Source: Octopus sinensis (taxonomy: Eukaryota). Taken from it: a stretch of 64,000 nt of DNA. Each line of letters begins with the position of its first letter. Positions within the stretch are counted from its first letter, which is position 1. A model generated the notes under the pieces. The model made no database searches and had not been told where the DNA came from. It saw only the letters and a list, made by a program, of their open reading frames with translations. Position numbers and translations under genes: made by a program. Location: positions 1 to 64,000 of the forward strand of contig NW_021831879.1 in NCBI RefSeq assembly GCF_006345805.1. The letters are read 5' to 3'. Below, piece after piece: positions 1 to 63,593 of the stretch.

Positions 1-1686
1 TAGTCGTGAGGATGTATACAATATATACAATACACTTTTCCATAGATAAATAAATAATGTCCCATGAGGGAGCAAGGTGTGGATATGAGTAGGGTGAATA
101 TATGTTTTCATTTTAAAATGAGTTACAAGACAAGAATTCAATTAATTAAGGATAGGGTCACGACTCAGTGAAGGCTCACATAGCGGAGATGTAAACGGAA
201 CCTTTCCCCACTTTAGAAAAAACAAAATTATGGAATCCCATGTTTTAGGTTATGGTAATTCCTATTCTGAATTTTTCTTTTTTTTAAATCGCAACTTCAA
301 AATTTCAATTCCATGTCCCCCTCCACCATTTCTTCATTTTTTCACAGACAGAATATTGTTTAATAGCTAAAAGAGATTGTACTAATTTCACTAAAACTGG
401 TGTTACTCTTACTGCATTGTGTGTGTGTGTGTGTGTATGATGAAATGAAATGGCTCCTTCTCGACTGATGCCAGGCTCATAAGGGCCGGTTTCTCACTTT
501 CAGTGGTGTAGAAATTCCCCACCTGGACGGGATGTCGATGTATCACAGGATTGCTTATTTTTGCCAGCTGAGTAGACAGGAGCAACGTGAAATGAAGTGT
601 TTTGCTCAAGAACAGAAAGCATACAGAAAAAGAGTACTATTTATAAATTAAGTGCAGAGGCAGTTACACTAAATATAGTAGTAGCTGACACCAAGCAAGA
701 TAAAGTGAAAGTACATTTTTCCGCGAAATCGTGAGTTCTGTCAGTATGACCTACATCAGACAGAATATTGTTTAATAGCTAAAATTATTAACAAACAACA
801 AGGCGTCGAGCTAGAAGATTCGTTGGCGCATCGAATTGAAATTTTTCAAACGATTTTTGCTTTTCAGAATCATAATCTCCGTATTTTTGTACGGATTTCG
901 CAAAAAAAAAAAAAAAACAAATCCGGAAAAAGTGAAAAAATGAAAGAAATGGTGGAGGGGGGCATGGAATTGAAATTTTGAAGTTGCGATTTAAAAAAAA
1001 AAAATTCAGAATAGGAATTACCATAACCTAAAACATGGGATTCCATAATTTTGTTTTTTTTTTAAAGTGGGGAAAGGTTCCGTTTACATCTCCGCCATGT
1101 GAGCCTTCACTGAGTCGTGACCCTATCCTTAATTAATTGAATTCTTGTCTTGAAAATCCTTTTAAAATGAAAACATTATATATTCACCCTATTCATATCC
1201 ACACCTTGCTCCCTCATGGGACATTATTTATTTATCTATGGAAAAGTGTATTATATATATGCGACATAAATGGATGTATGTATAAGTCTGAGTGTATATA
1301 TGTCTATATATGTGTGTATGTGTATGTGTGCATGTGCGTGTGTGCTTATGTAGATGGATGTATATATATAGCTATATCTCCGTGTATACATTTTATTTAT
1401 TTATTTATTTATTTAGCTATGTCTGTTATAGCTTACATAGTTTATAATTCTCCTGAACACTCCTTAAATAATTGCTGCTCTGCTTTTACGGCAATACAGC
1501 CACATTAGTTTTTCCCATTCCTTTTCTTTTCCTTTTCTTCTTTGCATCTATTTTTGCCTTCCCTATAACTCTAAGGTCACCAAACAGGTCTGTTAGCTGG
1601 GAGCATACTGTTAGCCACGAGCATACTCATAGATATACTGGTTCCCTATATATGGCCCCCACTTATTTTGTCTATGTTGTCTAGCT

Positions 1687-2182
1687 CCCTTCTCCGCCTC
1701 CTCCTCCTCCTTCTTCTCTTCTTCTTCTTCTTCTTCTTCTTCTCCTTCTCTTCGCCTTCTTCTCCTTCTTCTTCTCCTCCTCCTCCTCCTTCTTTTTCTT
1801 CTTCTTCTTCATCTTCTTCTTCTCCTTCTCCTCCTACTCCTACTCCTCCTCCTCCTTCTTCGTCTTCCTCTTTTCTTCTTCTTCTTCTTCTTCTTTTCTT
1901 CTTCCTTCTTCTTCTTCTTCTTCTCCTCCTCCGCCTCCTCCTTCTTCTTCTCCTCCTCCTTCTCTTTCTTCTTTTTCTTCTTCTTCTCCTTCTCCTTCTT
2001 CTTCTTCTTCTTCTTCTCCCTCTTCTTCTTTTTCTTCTTCTTCTCCCTCTTCTTCTTCTTCTTCTCCTTCTTCTCCTTCTTCTTCTTCTTCTTCTCCTCC
2101 TCCTCCTCTTCTTCTTCTCCTCCTCCTTCTCTTTCTTCTTTTCTTCTTTTCTTCTTCTTCTCCCTCTTCTTCTTTTTCTTCT

Positions 2183-2214
<32 letters not shown>

Positions 2215-2233
2215 TTCTTCTTCTTCTTCTTCT
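1687..2233. repeat. Long (CTT/CCT)n polypyrimidine array
   Basis: About 550 bp almost purely C/T. Confidence 0.95.
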
Positions 2234-2922
2234 CGTCTTCCAACCTTTCTTCCCACTACATAATCTCTATCCAACTTACTCATCCCATATCCACTAATAT
2301 TTTTTTGTTTCCTCTCGATATAAGCTTAAAAAGAAAAAAAAAGTCTGATGAAGTGCCTCTTTAATGTTGGTTCAGAATCAATTGTAAGGAATCATTAAGG
2401 ATGTGTTAAAGACTTTTCTTTGTCTTCTTATCATTTGGATTATTTACCCTTCGCTAAAGCTGCTTTACGGCAGTATTGTCGTGAAACTTGGATTCTGTAC
2501 GCCCGAGAAATTCCTGTTTTGGCCTTAAAGCCGACAGTCATGAGAGCCCCCAGTATTCGGGTCGATTACTTCTCTGGAAATACCCTCACTTTTCACTCAA
2601 TTATCTTTATCTTATATTAAACTTTTTAATACTTTTTGATAGTTATATTTATTAAAAAAAAAAATTAAAATAAATAAATATAATAATAATAAATAATAAA
2701 TATATATATTTATAAATATATATTATATAAATTTATAAGTATAAATAATAATAAATATTTGTTAAAATTCTAACTTTAAATTTTAATAATTTAAATTTTG
2801 AATTTTATATTTTATATATTTGGTATATTATATTAATTAATTTTATTTCTATGTATTGGTTTATTTTTCACTGTTTGATTTGCCTAACAATGGTTTTAGC
2901 TCTAATTTAATATATATATACA

Positions 2923-2961
<39 letters not shown>

Positions 2962-3039
2962 GGGGGTGTGCGTGTTATGTATGTATATATATATGTATAT
3001 GTATATGTATATAGTATATAGATATATATATATATATAT

Positions 3040-3114
<75 letters not shown>

Positions 3115-3789
3115 GTATATATATATATATATATATTATATGTACAAAATACAAACTGGGACAAGAACGTAAAACATTTAGAAGACGATACAAAAAACAC
3201 GGACGGGACATTCGAAGCCTTTAATCTTCAGTCAAGAACCGGATCATCCTAGCAATTTCGGCTGATTAATATTGAGATCGCTCCGATCGGCCAGCCCCAA
3301 GGAAAAACTAAGCTACGAGCATTAGATATCTTGGAAGATGGATCGAATGTATACGAAAAGGGACAGAAAAACGGACGATGCCACACGAATATAAAATGCC
3401 TTTATCGGCAGACGAGACAACGATGTTCTCACGGCAGTGGTCGGAGGCCAAAGGCTGATTTTGACCAGCGACCACGGAGAGAAGAGAGAGAAAAGAAATG
3501 GGGCAAAGGAAATATATATATATAATATATTATATATATATATATATATGTATATATATGTATATGTGTAATATATATATAAGTTCAGTAAAAAACTTAG
3601 ATTCAGTTGTTCAGTTGAATATGGTACTTAGTTAAAGGCACAAGAATTTAGTATGGTATTAACCATATAATTCAAACTGGGGTGATTGTAATCAAAATGA
3701 GCAACAAGGATATCCGGGGGTAATGCATTACCTCTGGATATCCTTGTTGCTTATTTGATTATGTATATATCTCTATATCTATCTATCCA

Positions 3790-3825
<36 letters not shown>

Positions 3826-4476
3826 TATATATATATGATGTGTGTGTGTACAAATAAGACGAGGAATAGAAGAAGAAAGAAAAAAGACAGACAAACAGAC
3901 AGAAGACAGACAAGCAAATAGACAACCATCATATAAATATATATATATATATGTATGTATATAAGTGAACGATATAGAAGTGTATTTTGATTAAATAAGA
4001 AGTAGAGACACTTACGTTGAATGTAGTAGTAATTGACACGAAGGCAGATAAAGTGAAAGTAAATTTTCCACGAAAAATCCCCACAGTTCTGAAAGTATGA
4101 CCTACTTCAGAGGGAATGCTGTTTAACTGTGAAAGAGGCAGCAGCAGGCGAGGTAGAAAAAGTAAGTTTAGAAATTATGCAAGAAAGAGTGTATTTCCTA
4201 TTTCAATGAGTCAGCCGTGTCACACTTTCTGTCATTCTGAATCTTCCCGAGAACAATGTTAAGTGTACACGCGTCTCTAGAGTGCTCAGCCACTTGCACG
4301 TCAATTTCACGAGCGGGCTATTTTGTTGGTCAGATCAAATGGAACACTCATCTTTGTAACCGACGGAGTGCCACGATATATATATACACATAACTGGCAT
4401 TGGCACAGACACTCCGTCGGTTACGACAACAGTTCATCCGATCAAATGAGCAGCCTGTTCGTGAAATTACCGTGAG

Positions 4477-4712
4477 GGCGGTGAGCTGGCAGAAACGTTA
4501 GCACGCTGGGCGAAATGCATAGCTGTATTTCGTCTGCCGTTACGGTCTGAGTTCAAATTCCGCCGAGGTCGACTTTGCCTTTCATCCTTTCGGGGTCGAT
4601 TAAATAAGTACCAGTTACGCACTGGGGGTCGATGTAATTGACTTAATCTGTTTGTTTGTCTTTGTTTGTCCCCTCTGTGTTTAGCCCCTTGTGGGTAGTA
4701 AAGAAATAGAAA
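4477..4712 (+). mobile_element. SINE family 2 (GGCGGCGAGCTGGCAGAA...)
   Basis: About 230-bp repeat with GAGTTCAAATTCC B-box; many copies. Confidence 0.85.
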
Positions 4713-4999
4713 TTACCGTGCAAGTTGCTAAGCACTCCGCAGCCATGCGTATCTTTAACGTAGTTTTCAAAGAGATTCAGCGTGACACAAAATGTGACAA
4801 GGCTGTGTTGCCAGCTGAGTGGACTGGAGCAACGTGAAATAAAGTGTCTTGCTCAAGGACTCAACGAGTCGCCGGGGAGTTCCCAGCGGTGATCGTAAGC
4901 CTTGCGATCGTGAGCCGAATCTCTAGCCACAAAGCAATGTGCTTTCACTATATCTGTACTACATCTCACATAGCTATCTGTATTCGAGATATATATGTG

Positions 5000-5860
5000 T
5001 ATATTTTTCTATAACATAAATTGGACATGGGCAATCTTTGTATGCTTTCTTTTCCTGAGGTTCACAGCCAAACGGCTGGGTGGATTTGCGTAAACACTGG
5101 TACACATTTAGAGACGGGTGCATAGATTTGAATGAGGTTTGTATTTTTTCCTAGCCCCCATAGTTACCGAGAAAATCGATTAAAACTTTTTCGAATGGAA
5201 TTCCCGTTTGTTCCGCAATTAAAACAACCAATTGCTCACACAGCCGGCATATACCATTTCGCTAGCAACAAGGGGAGTACAGGATGACAGTCAGTCAAAA
5301 CTTTCGCTATACAGTCTCTCTTCTTTCACCTCTTTGTGGGGTTAATAATCTTCATCTTTAGTTACAGTTTCTCATTCAAACTACATAATACGCAGAATTG
5401 TCGGATTAAGACAATAGAATGTTTTGAGGGAGATTTGGCTGCTATTTTTATCAGGTATAGCCACCATGTAAAGGTCTAATTTAATTTTCATTCACATATT
5501 TGCATTTCAAATATTTAACATAATCTTTTCCATAAATCAACTATCGTAAACATTTTCTACCGTGACCTCACATTTTCTATGTATGCGTGTGTACCTTAAA
5601 AGACGTGATTAGACAGAGGTCCAATAGAATATCTCTCAGAAACAGACTATGTTACGTACACATTCTTTCTTCACAACTCCTGAAGCTGTTTTCTGACAAG
5701 GTTGGGTGGGGTCAGGAAATTTTCATACAGCTGGAGGCTCCAATCGAAACAGGGGATCCGAAATGATAAGGTTGAAAAACGCTGTTATAGATTATGTCTA
5801 ATCGAAAACGATCACATTATCATAATAAAAGACCGGGTGAAACCGGGCTTAGCTGCTACT
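5000..5860 (+). mobile_element. Degenerate Helitron-like remnant
   Basis: CCAAACGGCTG..GATTTG..TGGTACAC 5' motif and CCGGGTGAAACCGGG..GCTAC 3' hairpin; termini decayed. Confidence 0.4.
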
Positions 5861-5882
5861 ATATATATAATATATATTATTA

Positions 5883-5945
<63 letters not shown>

Positions 5946-6112
5946 TGGTGTGCATCTATGTATGTATGTACATACGTATGTGTGTACGCGTGTATGCGTG
6001 TGTGACTGCCTGGGATTACACTCATATTACCTCTGTAGTGCATATTTCTCCTTTTGACTATTCAGTACAATATTTACTAACAAGGAATGGCGGCTGAATT
6101 AAATAACGAATA

Positions 6113-6118
6113 TTTATT
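6113..6118 (-). terminator. Candidate polyadenylation signal AATAAA of gene A
   Basis: About 135 nt after the stop codon. Confidence 0.35.
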
Positions 6119-6251
6119 AAAATTATCTTAACACACATTTTCTAATTTCATATTGATTAACGAATATTTGTTATTTTATTATATGATAATACAGTAAATC
6201 ATTTTTATATAATTTCATAAGTGATTGATTTGGCTTTATGGTAGTTCCTTT

Positions 6252-41888
<35,637 letters not shown>

Positions 41889-41949
41889 TGTTTCCAAGTG
41901 TCTTCAATGAATTATGCGACTTACATTTAAATGTGTTTCAAATCTAAGA

Positions 41950-41957
41950 TATTTATA
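41950..41957 (-). promoter_or_regulatory. Candidate TATA box (TATAAATA) of gene A
   Basis: 62-69 nt upstream of the ATG on the coding strand; AT-rich background lowers specificity. Confidence 0.4.
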
Positions 41958-42212
41958 TCGTTACGTAATCATTTCCCTCCATTTTTCACCCTCACTATAT
42001 CTCTATCTTCCCCTTTAACTCAACTTCTCTGCCTCTCTCTGTCTCTAAATCTCTACCCTTTTCTTTCCCTCTGTCTCTCCCTCTATCCGTTTCTAACACT
42101 CTCTTGTTTATGTCATTCTCTTTCTAACTGTCAGTCAATGGCCTCATACCTCTTTCAATTAAACGCTCCAGTTTTCCTTCACTTTGCTTCCTCCTATTCA
42201 AAAGTCAGTCAC

Positions 42213-43140
42213 TATCGATATCTATTTGTATGAAATTATATTCCTTATTGTTTTTTATATTTTTAAACCATCGTAAAGTTTCCATTGTACTACCCCATAA
42301 CTTTAGGTAACCTAAATTATTTAATTTGTTTATATATTTATCTAATATTAATTTACTTAATTTCCCTAGGTCCGCCTTACATGGACATATTAATCGGACT
42401 TTAGGGTCTGCATAGAAATTATCTTTATGGTCTTTTAGCGTTATCCTTGGGTGCAATGGCATGTAGGGTTCTGTTTTTTTATCTAGTTCATAATTCGTCA
42501 TTATTTCTTTATAACACTTATTTATTTTCTCTAAAGTATATTTTGAACTATTTTATATTTTTTTTTTGATTTCTTTCTCTAGTAAACATCATATGTTTCT
42601 ATATCTAATTTATATAAGTTTATGGTTTTGTCACATTGTACAATGATTCCTTCAGTTTTTCTCAGTTCTTTTGTCTAAGTTTTGAAGACAATTATTATGC
42701 CTGTTCGGGTATTTATAAAATTCTAGATTTTTTACTATCCCCCAAATTCTTTCTTCCAAGATTTGCATTTCTTTATTGTACGGCGGTTCTTTCCTAGATT
42801 TAAATTTATTCGTAATGAATTTATTATTGTCTGTATTATTAATGTCTGTAGTATTTTCATTATTATAGTAGTGTGCTTTCCATTTAAGTCTGTTTATGAA
42901 ATTCTTTATATTATTAATCAGTTTAATCTTGAATTCTGTTTTTGGTGGGCTAGGTATGTCTTTCAGTGATGAATTCCACCCCAGGGGTACTATTTTATCT
43001 GTATATGCCATAAATTGTTTAATTATCAAGCTAAACAATAAAGTTAAACCATTAACTTATTTTATTTTATTTGTGAGGGAATAAAAATTCCGGCATCACA
43101 GGGGTTCAAATTATTCTCAATGAGGAAATATATACTTTTT
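42213..43140 (-). mobile_element. Penelope-like 5' fragment upstream of gene A exon 1
   Basis: SLKDIPSPPKTEFKIKLI..FINRLKWKAHYY N-terminus; 42213-42620 duplicates 40890-41298. Confidence 0.8.
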
Positions 43141-43359
43141 CATATATTTTTTCATTTTATTTTTATTTTTATTTGTTAATTTTAATTTTTTTTTATTTTT
43201 TTTATTTGAATTAAATTATGGCTTGCACAGTAAGGTCCGGCGAACCTATTTACACATACACATACTTATATGTTTAAAATCAAAATATAGTTTTTAGTAT
43301 CAAACTATGATAAAGTGATCTAGAGGCCTGATGATTGGGGTAACATTATAAGAAAGGTT

Positions 43360-43775
43360 TCAGGGACGTCACTTCCGATCTATATAGTGCCATGTCCCTC
43401 TTGCATTTCTTGAGGCTCTTCTTTTCCTCTGCGGCCTTCAGGAGCCTCTCCATCCGGTATGCCTCAAAGTCTCTCTTCAGTTGCTGACGAATCACTCTGC
43501 TGAGAAGAGGATATTCAAGGTGTTCTTCAATAGTCCTCTTCATATTTTCCTCTTCTCGAGTAACTTCGTAGTTTCCCCCGAGACTCTTCCCTTCATCTCT
43601 CTCAGACATAGCCTTCCTTAAACACTCCTTCAGTTTCCCTATCAATGAGCTGTAGTCATCGTCTATGGCGTCTCCTTGGCACCAGGTTTCCTGTATGATA
43701 GCTTCCTGCAGCTTCGCCTCGTTGAAGATTCGGACGCGTTTTCCATTCGACGCCAAATGCAGCGCCCTCTTCTCC
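43360..43775 (-). mobile_element. RTE-like LINE fragment (EN-RT linker)
   Basis: [15 protein letters not shown]...RMERLLKAAEEKKSLKKCKRD resembles the RTE-1 linker. Confidence 0.6.
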
Positions 43776-43780
43776 CTCTT

Positions 43781-43867
<87 letters not shown>

Positions 43868-44477
43868 GCATGCGTATACACGGACACATACATACATATA
43901 CAATATCATTCACCTGCCGTATTGTATGAAGATCAACATCTATTTTTCCCGACCAATTCTGCACCTAGAAGCCCACCCAGTTGTTGTATATATAAATTGA
44001 AATCAGCTAAGTTCATTGAAAATAATAATTCCTCCGCTACATTATCAGATATTATAACAGAAAAAAATTGCTTTGATAAAATTAATGTTGCTAAAATATA
44101 CTCTTAAAGCAGGATAGTAACTCTTTGGCTTATTTTCTAAGCAATACGGATTCTATTTTCTCTTTGTTGTTTTTGCTTTGGTTATTCTCAAGAGTTCGCA
44201 ATCAGAGGAATCTTATTCGCTAAACCTCATGAAAATTGAGGAGTACAATTGCAGATGGGGATATAATTTTCTTATAACTCTATTTATGTACAGGCACAGA
44301 GAATGAGACGAGAAAGGAATAAACAATTATATTATGAACTTCATAAGCTTACAATTGTTTCTTCTATAAGTTTCAGTGGAATCACTGATAAGTGCCTAGG
44401 TAACAACTTATAACTTAGTCAGAGCCTCGAATATGAAGTGCAATTTATTTGGAAAAAGAATTACGTTTATGCGTATA

Positions 44478-44685
44478 CTCTTTACTCTTTTACTTGTTTC
44501 AGTCATTTGACTGCGGCCATGCTGAGCACCGCCTTTAATCGAGCAACTCGACCCCGGGACTTATTCTTTTGTAAGCCCAGTACTTATTATATCAGTCTCT
44601 TTTGCCGAACCGCTAGGTAACGGGGACGTAAACACACCAGCATCGGTTGTCAAGCGATGTTGGGAGGACAAACGCAGACACACAA

Positions 44686-44722
<37 letters not shown>

Positions 44723-44880
44723 CATACATATATACGACGGGCTTCTTTCAGTTTCCGTCTACCAAATCCACTCACAAGTCTTTGGTCGGCCCGAGGCTAT
44801 AGTAGAAGACACTTGCCCAAGGTGCCACGCAGTGGGACTGAACCAGGAACAATGTGGTTCGTAAGCAAGCTACTTACCAC
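44478..44880 (-). mobile_element. SINE family 1 copy (further fragments near 25735, 31510, 36510, 54240, 56095, 57895, 60680)
   Basis: Reverse complement of the family sequence. Confidence 0.8.
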
Positions 44881-44912
<32 letters not shown>

Positions 44913-45424
44913 GGAAGTAAAGCATTACCGGTAGGGCAGCCAAAGCGTACTTTGGAGATGAAAGCCAAGAGCTCCTCCCATAAAAAAGAACAAGGTTAAT
45001 TTTAAGACATGTATAAATAGGTGTATATCCTGATTTATATCGTGGTAGCCCTCCGTTAGTTACGACGAAGTTGTTGTTTCCAGTTAGTCCGATCAATGGA
45101 ACAGCCTGCTGTTGTAATTAGCGTGCAAGTGGCTGAGCGCTCCGCAAACACGTATACCGTTATCGCAGTTCTCAGGGAGATTCAGCGTGACACAGGGTGT
45201 GACAAGGCTGCCCTTTTGAAATACAGATACAGCAGAAACAGTAAGAAAGAAACGAGAATGTGGTGAAAGAGTGCAACAGGGTTCGCCACTACTCTCTGCC
45301 GGAGCCTCGTAGAGCTTTCGGTGTTTTCGCTCAATAAACAATCCAAACGCCCAGTCTGAGAATCGAAACCACGATCCTACGACCTCGAGTCCGCTTCCCT
45401 AACCACTAGGCCATTGCGCCTCGG

Positions 45425-45745
45425 TGTTGGAGAAGACTTTTGCGGATTCCATGGACAGCGAGGCTCACTAATGGAGAAGTTCTTAAGCAGATCAGGCCGA
45501 AAATGTCGCTAGAAGCTAGGATCAAGCATAGATTGGCATATTTCGATCATATTTTGCGGAGAAGGACATCATGCTCGGAATGGTCAGTGGCAAGAGAGGA
45601 AGAGGCCGACCAGGAACCCGCTGGCTTGACACCATCAAGAGGGATACCGGAATGGACATAGCCAATCTGAAAGAGGCGGTCCTGGATAGAACTGGCTGGA
45701 GGACACTGATCCAACGAGTGACCGAGAGTCGACTTTGACTGAGCG
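45425..45745 (+). mobile_element. RTE LINE 3' end followed by (GATA)n
   Basis: LRIPWTAR.TN.EVL..LAYFDHI..GRGRP..RWLDTI..EAVLDR..WR.LI. Confidence 0.8.
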
Positions 45746-45993
<248 letters not shown>

Positions 45994-46004
45994 ATTAGAT
46001 CTTG

Positions 46005-46330
46005 TGAAGGTGCATGGCTCAATGGTTAAAAGCGTGGCTCTCAATCATGAGGATCTGAATTCGATTCCTGGACCGGGCTATGCGTTTTTTTCTTAACCAA
46101 GACACATTATCTTAGGTTGCTCAGCCTCAGGAATGAGTTGCGACGTCACGGGTGCCAAGATGTATCGACATTTGCCTTTCCCTTCGATAGCACGGCGACG
46201 TGGAGAGGAAAGGCTGGTAGGCATAGTCAACTGCTGGTCATCTACAGATAACTTGGCTCGGACTTGTGCCTCGGAGAGTAACATTGTAGGTGCAGTATTA
46301 TTCTTATTCATGACCGAAGGGGCTATATAG
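46005..46330 (+). mobile_element. tRNA-headed SINE family 4 (related inverse pieces at 54785-55050)
   Basis: tRNA-like head; shared GTGCCTCGGAGAGTAAC motif. Confidence 0.55.
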
Positions 46331-46469
46331 CCTTTATAAATTAGATCTAGATGTATATCTGCACATTATAATGTGTGCATCCGTACACATTATATATAAA
46401 TATATATACAATTTTATATGTATGTATATATATACATACATATATACATACATACACATATATATACGT

Positions 46470-46530
<61 letters not shown>

Positions 46531-47343
46531 AATTGAGATAGGGGTTGTAAATGCAACCCTCTATGGGATAACATATATCCAATATACTGCTAGTGAAGTA
46601 CCCAACAAAGTTAATACATAAATGTTAATGATTGCGATGCAATCAATTCATTTACTGTATTATATGGGCAAAGGTAAAATGATTTACCACAAATTACTAA
46701 TACAAGATAAGAAAATGGAGAAATACATCTAAATCAAATATCAATTACCAGATAATGCTCAATCACATACTTTATTACACCACCACATAAGAGACTGTAT
46801 GGTTAAATATAAAAAGCAGAACAAATCAGTGTACATAAAGGAGTGTACATAAAAAAGTGTACATAAAAGAGTAATGTTGTATAATAAGTAGAATATATAT
46901 AAAAGAGAATATAAATACAAGTAAATATAAATATAAGTATAAATTAGATCTTACAGCTGTTTCGGCCATGTTGATAAGTATATCTCATTTTACCAATATT
47001 AGACCTCAACCATAAAGGGCTAATATTGGTAAAATGAGACATACTTATCGACATGGCCGAAACAGCTGTAAGACCTAATTTATACTTATATTTATATTTA
47101 CTAGTATTTATATTCTCTTTTATATATATTCTACTTATTATACAACATTACTCTTTTATGTACACTTTTTTATGTACATTCCTTTATGTACACTGATCTG
47201 TTCTGCTTTTTATATTTAACCCTACAGTCTCTTATGTGGTGGTTTAATAATGTATGTGATTGAGTATTATCTGGTAATTGATATTTGATTTAGATGTATT
47301 TCCCCATTTTCTTATCTTTTGTATATATATATATATATATATA

Positions 47344-47374
<31 letters not shown>

Positions 47375-47920
47375 CATACATATATACATACATATATACA
47401 TACATACATAAATATATATATATATGTACATACATCCATACGTATATATATATATACATACATACATAAATATATATATATACATGCTTACATATATGTA
47501 CATATATAAACACACACATATATTATGTATATATATATATTTGTGTGTGTGTGTATTTGTGTGTATGTGCGTGTGTGTGTGTGTATAAGCCAAAACTTAA
47601 CCACTTCTAATATTCTGTTCTATCAAAACCAAATCATGTTTAATTGATGAAGCCTAATTATTCCCAACATTTTTTATCTCGCTGATACAAAAAAAAAATC
47701 CCTGATTACCTCCCCTTGTCTAGAACTCTTCTACTTCACACCATGATGAAGAGATGACACAATATCGGAAAAGAAATTTGAAAAATTTCGAAAGCAATAC
47801 AAACAGAACTTTATAACATTTTTCTAACATGACAATTTATTATATTCTTTAACCATATAATACAAGTTTACTGTAGTTTTTTCATTCTATTTTGTCTTTC
47901 ATATATTATATATATATATA

Positions 47921-47967
<47 letters not shown>

Positions 47968-48140
47968 CTCCACGCATTTTTTTTCTCTCCTTGTTTTTTT
48001 CTGTGTATCTTTCTGTCGGAGAGCGTAGGCACGAAACGTAAAGGAATTTTTCTATTTCTATTCCTGAGCGCTATACTAATACATTGTTTGTTTGTACTCC
48101 ACCTGCCTTCGTCTTTTGTTTATTTTCGTAAACCTTCCCG

Positions 48141-48190
<50 letters not shown>

Positions 48191-48209
48191 TATATATAAT
48201 ATATATATA

Positions 48210-49260
48210 TATTGATAAAACGGTAAGATAACAAAAGAAAGAAAGAGACCTCAATATTATGTAAATAGAGGAAATTTATCTATACAATATGTTACATTAC
48301 TCGGTAGTCAAGATAAAACTCTGAGTTTCAGATGCCGAAGTGGAAATCCACAACACCATCTCTTCGGTTATCTGGCTATTTGAAAACGTTATGAAAAAAT
48401 ACCGTTAAAAATGAAGGGAAATTACTCTGTTATAACTCTGCTTTGCCTGCGTACTTATACATCGCTCGCATTTTTCGTCATAAAAATTATATAAAAATAC
48501 ATAAAAATATATAAAAATATATAAAAATATATAAAATCTTCTTGGGACATAACACAGAAAGCATGTTCTATCCGTTTTCTTTAGGGGACTAAAAACGTAA
48601 CAGAAATTTAGTCACATGTGGGCATGATCCGAAAAGCTCTGTCCTTGTATTTAGACATGTGGTAGGGTCTAAGCTGCTTTTCCAGATAAGCCATCTCTCC
48701 ATGTCGCATAAACCGCACCTTCCGCTGCCGTTAGTATAGGGCTTACATCTGGCCAAAATCTTCCATTGTATGTTATAATCGACACCTTTATCTCTTAAAG
48801 ACCAAATATGATTGGATAATTGTGTCGCTTTTCTTTTGTTCCAGTGCCTAAAGCTCAAAGTGTGGTTATTGAACCTGGCCTTGAAATTACCCTCTGTCAG
48901 GCCCACGTATTTCTTCGTCGAAACGGTGTCTTTAGTGGTTATAGAGTTTACGGTAGCTTCATATATGATGGTCTTGGACATGCAAGCTCCATTTAGCGGG
49001 CACAATTCTTTATTCCTGCATGAACAGCTGTTTTCTTCTTGTGTTTTTTGTATGTTATGATTGATTATGTTTTTAAAATTGGTAGTTGAACTAAAACTAA
49101 TTTTTAAATTGTGTCTATTGAAGAGTTTCCTATAAGCATAGTTAACTGGAAAATGTCTATCTATCAGTGCTAGGAAATATTTACCTATATTGAAGGCCAC
49201 CTCGGGTGAGTAAGGGGGCGTAAACCAGATGACCTTCCTATTTCTATTATTCCTGTTCCT
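48210..49260 (-). mobile_element. Penelope-like 3' fragment with GIY-YIG endonuclease and pLTR
   Basis: IWFTPPYS..NIGKYFL; C.C..KELCPLNG.C..IIYEA; KYVGLTEGNFKARFNNH; CGLCDMER; degenerate hammerhead near 48312-48372. Confidence 0.88.
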
Positions 49261-49637
49261 TATTGTTGGGCAATGAATCTATGTATGTATGTGTGTATGT
49301 ATGTATGTATGCATGTATGCATGTATGTATGTATGTATGCATGTTTGCATGTCTATATGAAATCACATTTGTAACTTCGACGCAAACATAATATCATTCG
49401 ATCATACGCTTATGGGAATGGATTAGAAGGACTTTCAAAGTTTTAATCAGCAAAAAGATGACGGTTAGATGAAAAATGAAAATTTCTTTAATAAAAATAT
49501 CTTTATACATCTTCTATATTGCTACAATGGTTTATAAACACTGTGTTACATTTGTTACATTCATAGTTTGTTCTTTTATTCATCAATTCACATGTAATTT
49601 TACAAGGTTGATTTGATACAGATGTACATTGAGCCTT

Positions 49638-63593
<13,956 letters not shown>

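Noticed and set aside
1668-2297. Poly-Leu/Lys/Glu/Arg ORFs (also 26925-27855)
   Set aside because: Stop-free reading of GAA/GGA arrays; no domain, splice or codon evidence
2344-2360. CTGATGAAG hammerhead-like start
   Set aside because: No helix II partner or GAAA at a suitable distance
1-6100. A third CYP copy downstream of gene A
   Set aside because: No P450 exon found on either strand by inspection
43914-43968. Exon-like segment ag/GTGCAGAATTGG...CGGCAG/gtgaat upstream of gene A
   Set aside because: No P450 or other recognisable homology; gene A already has a good exon 1 and TATA box. A non-coding exon cannot be excluded
48005-48050. Hammerhead-like remnant TCTTT-CTGTCGG..GAAACGTA (also 3200-3300 and 41530-41580)
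   Set aside because: Core too degenerate or out of order to call
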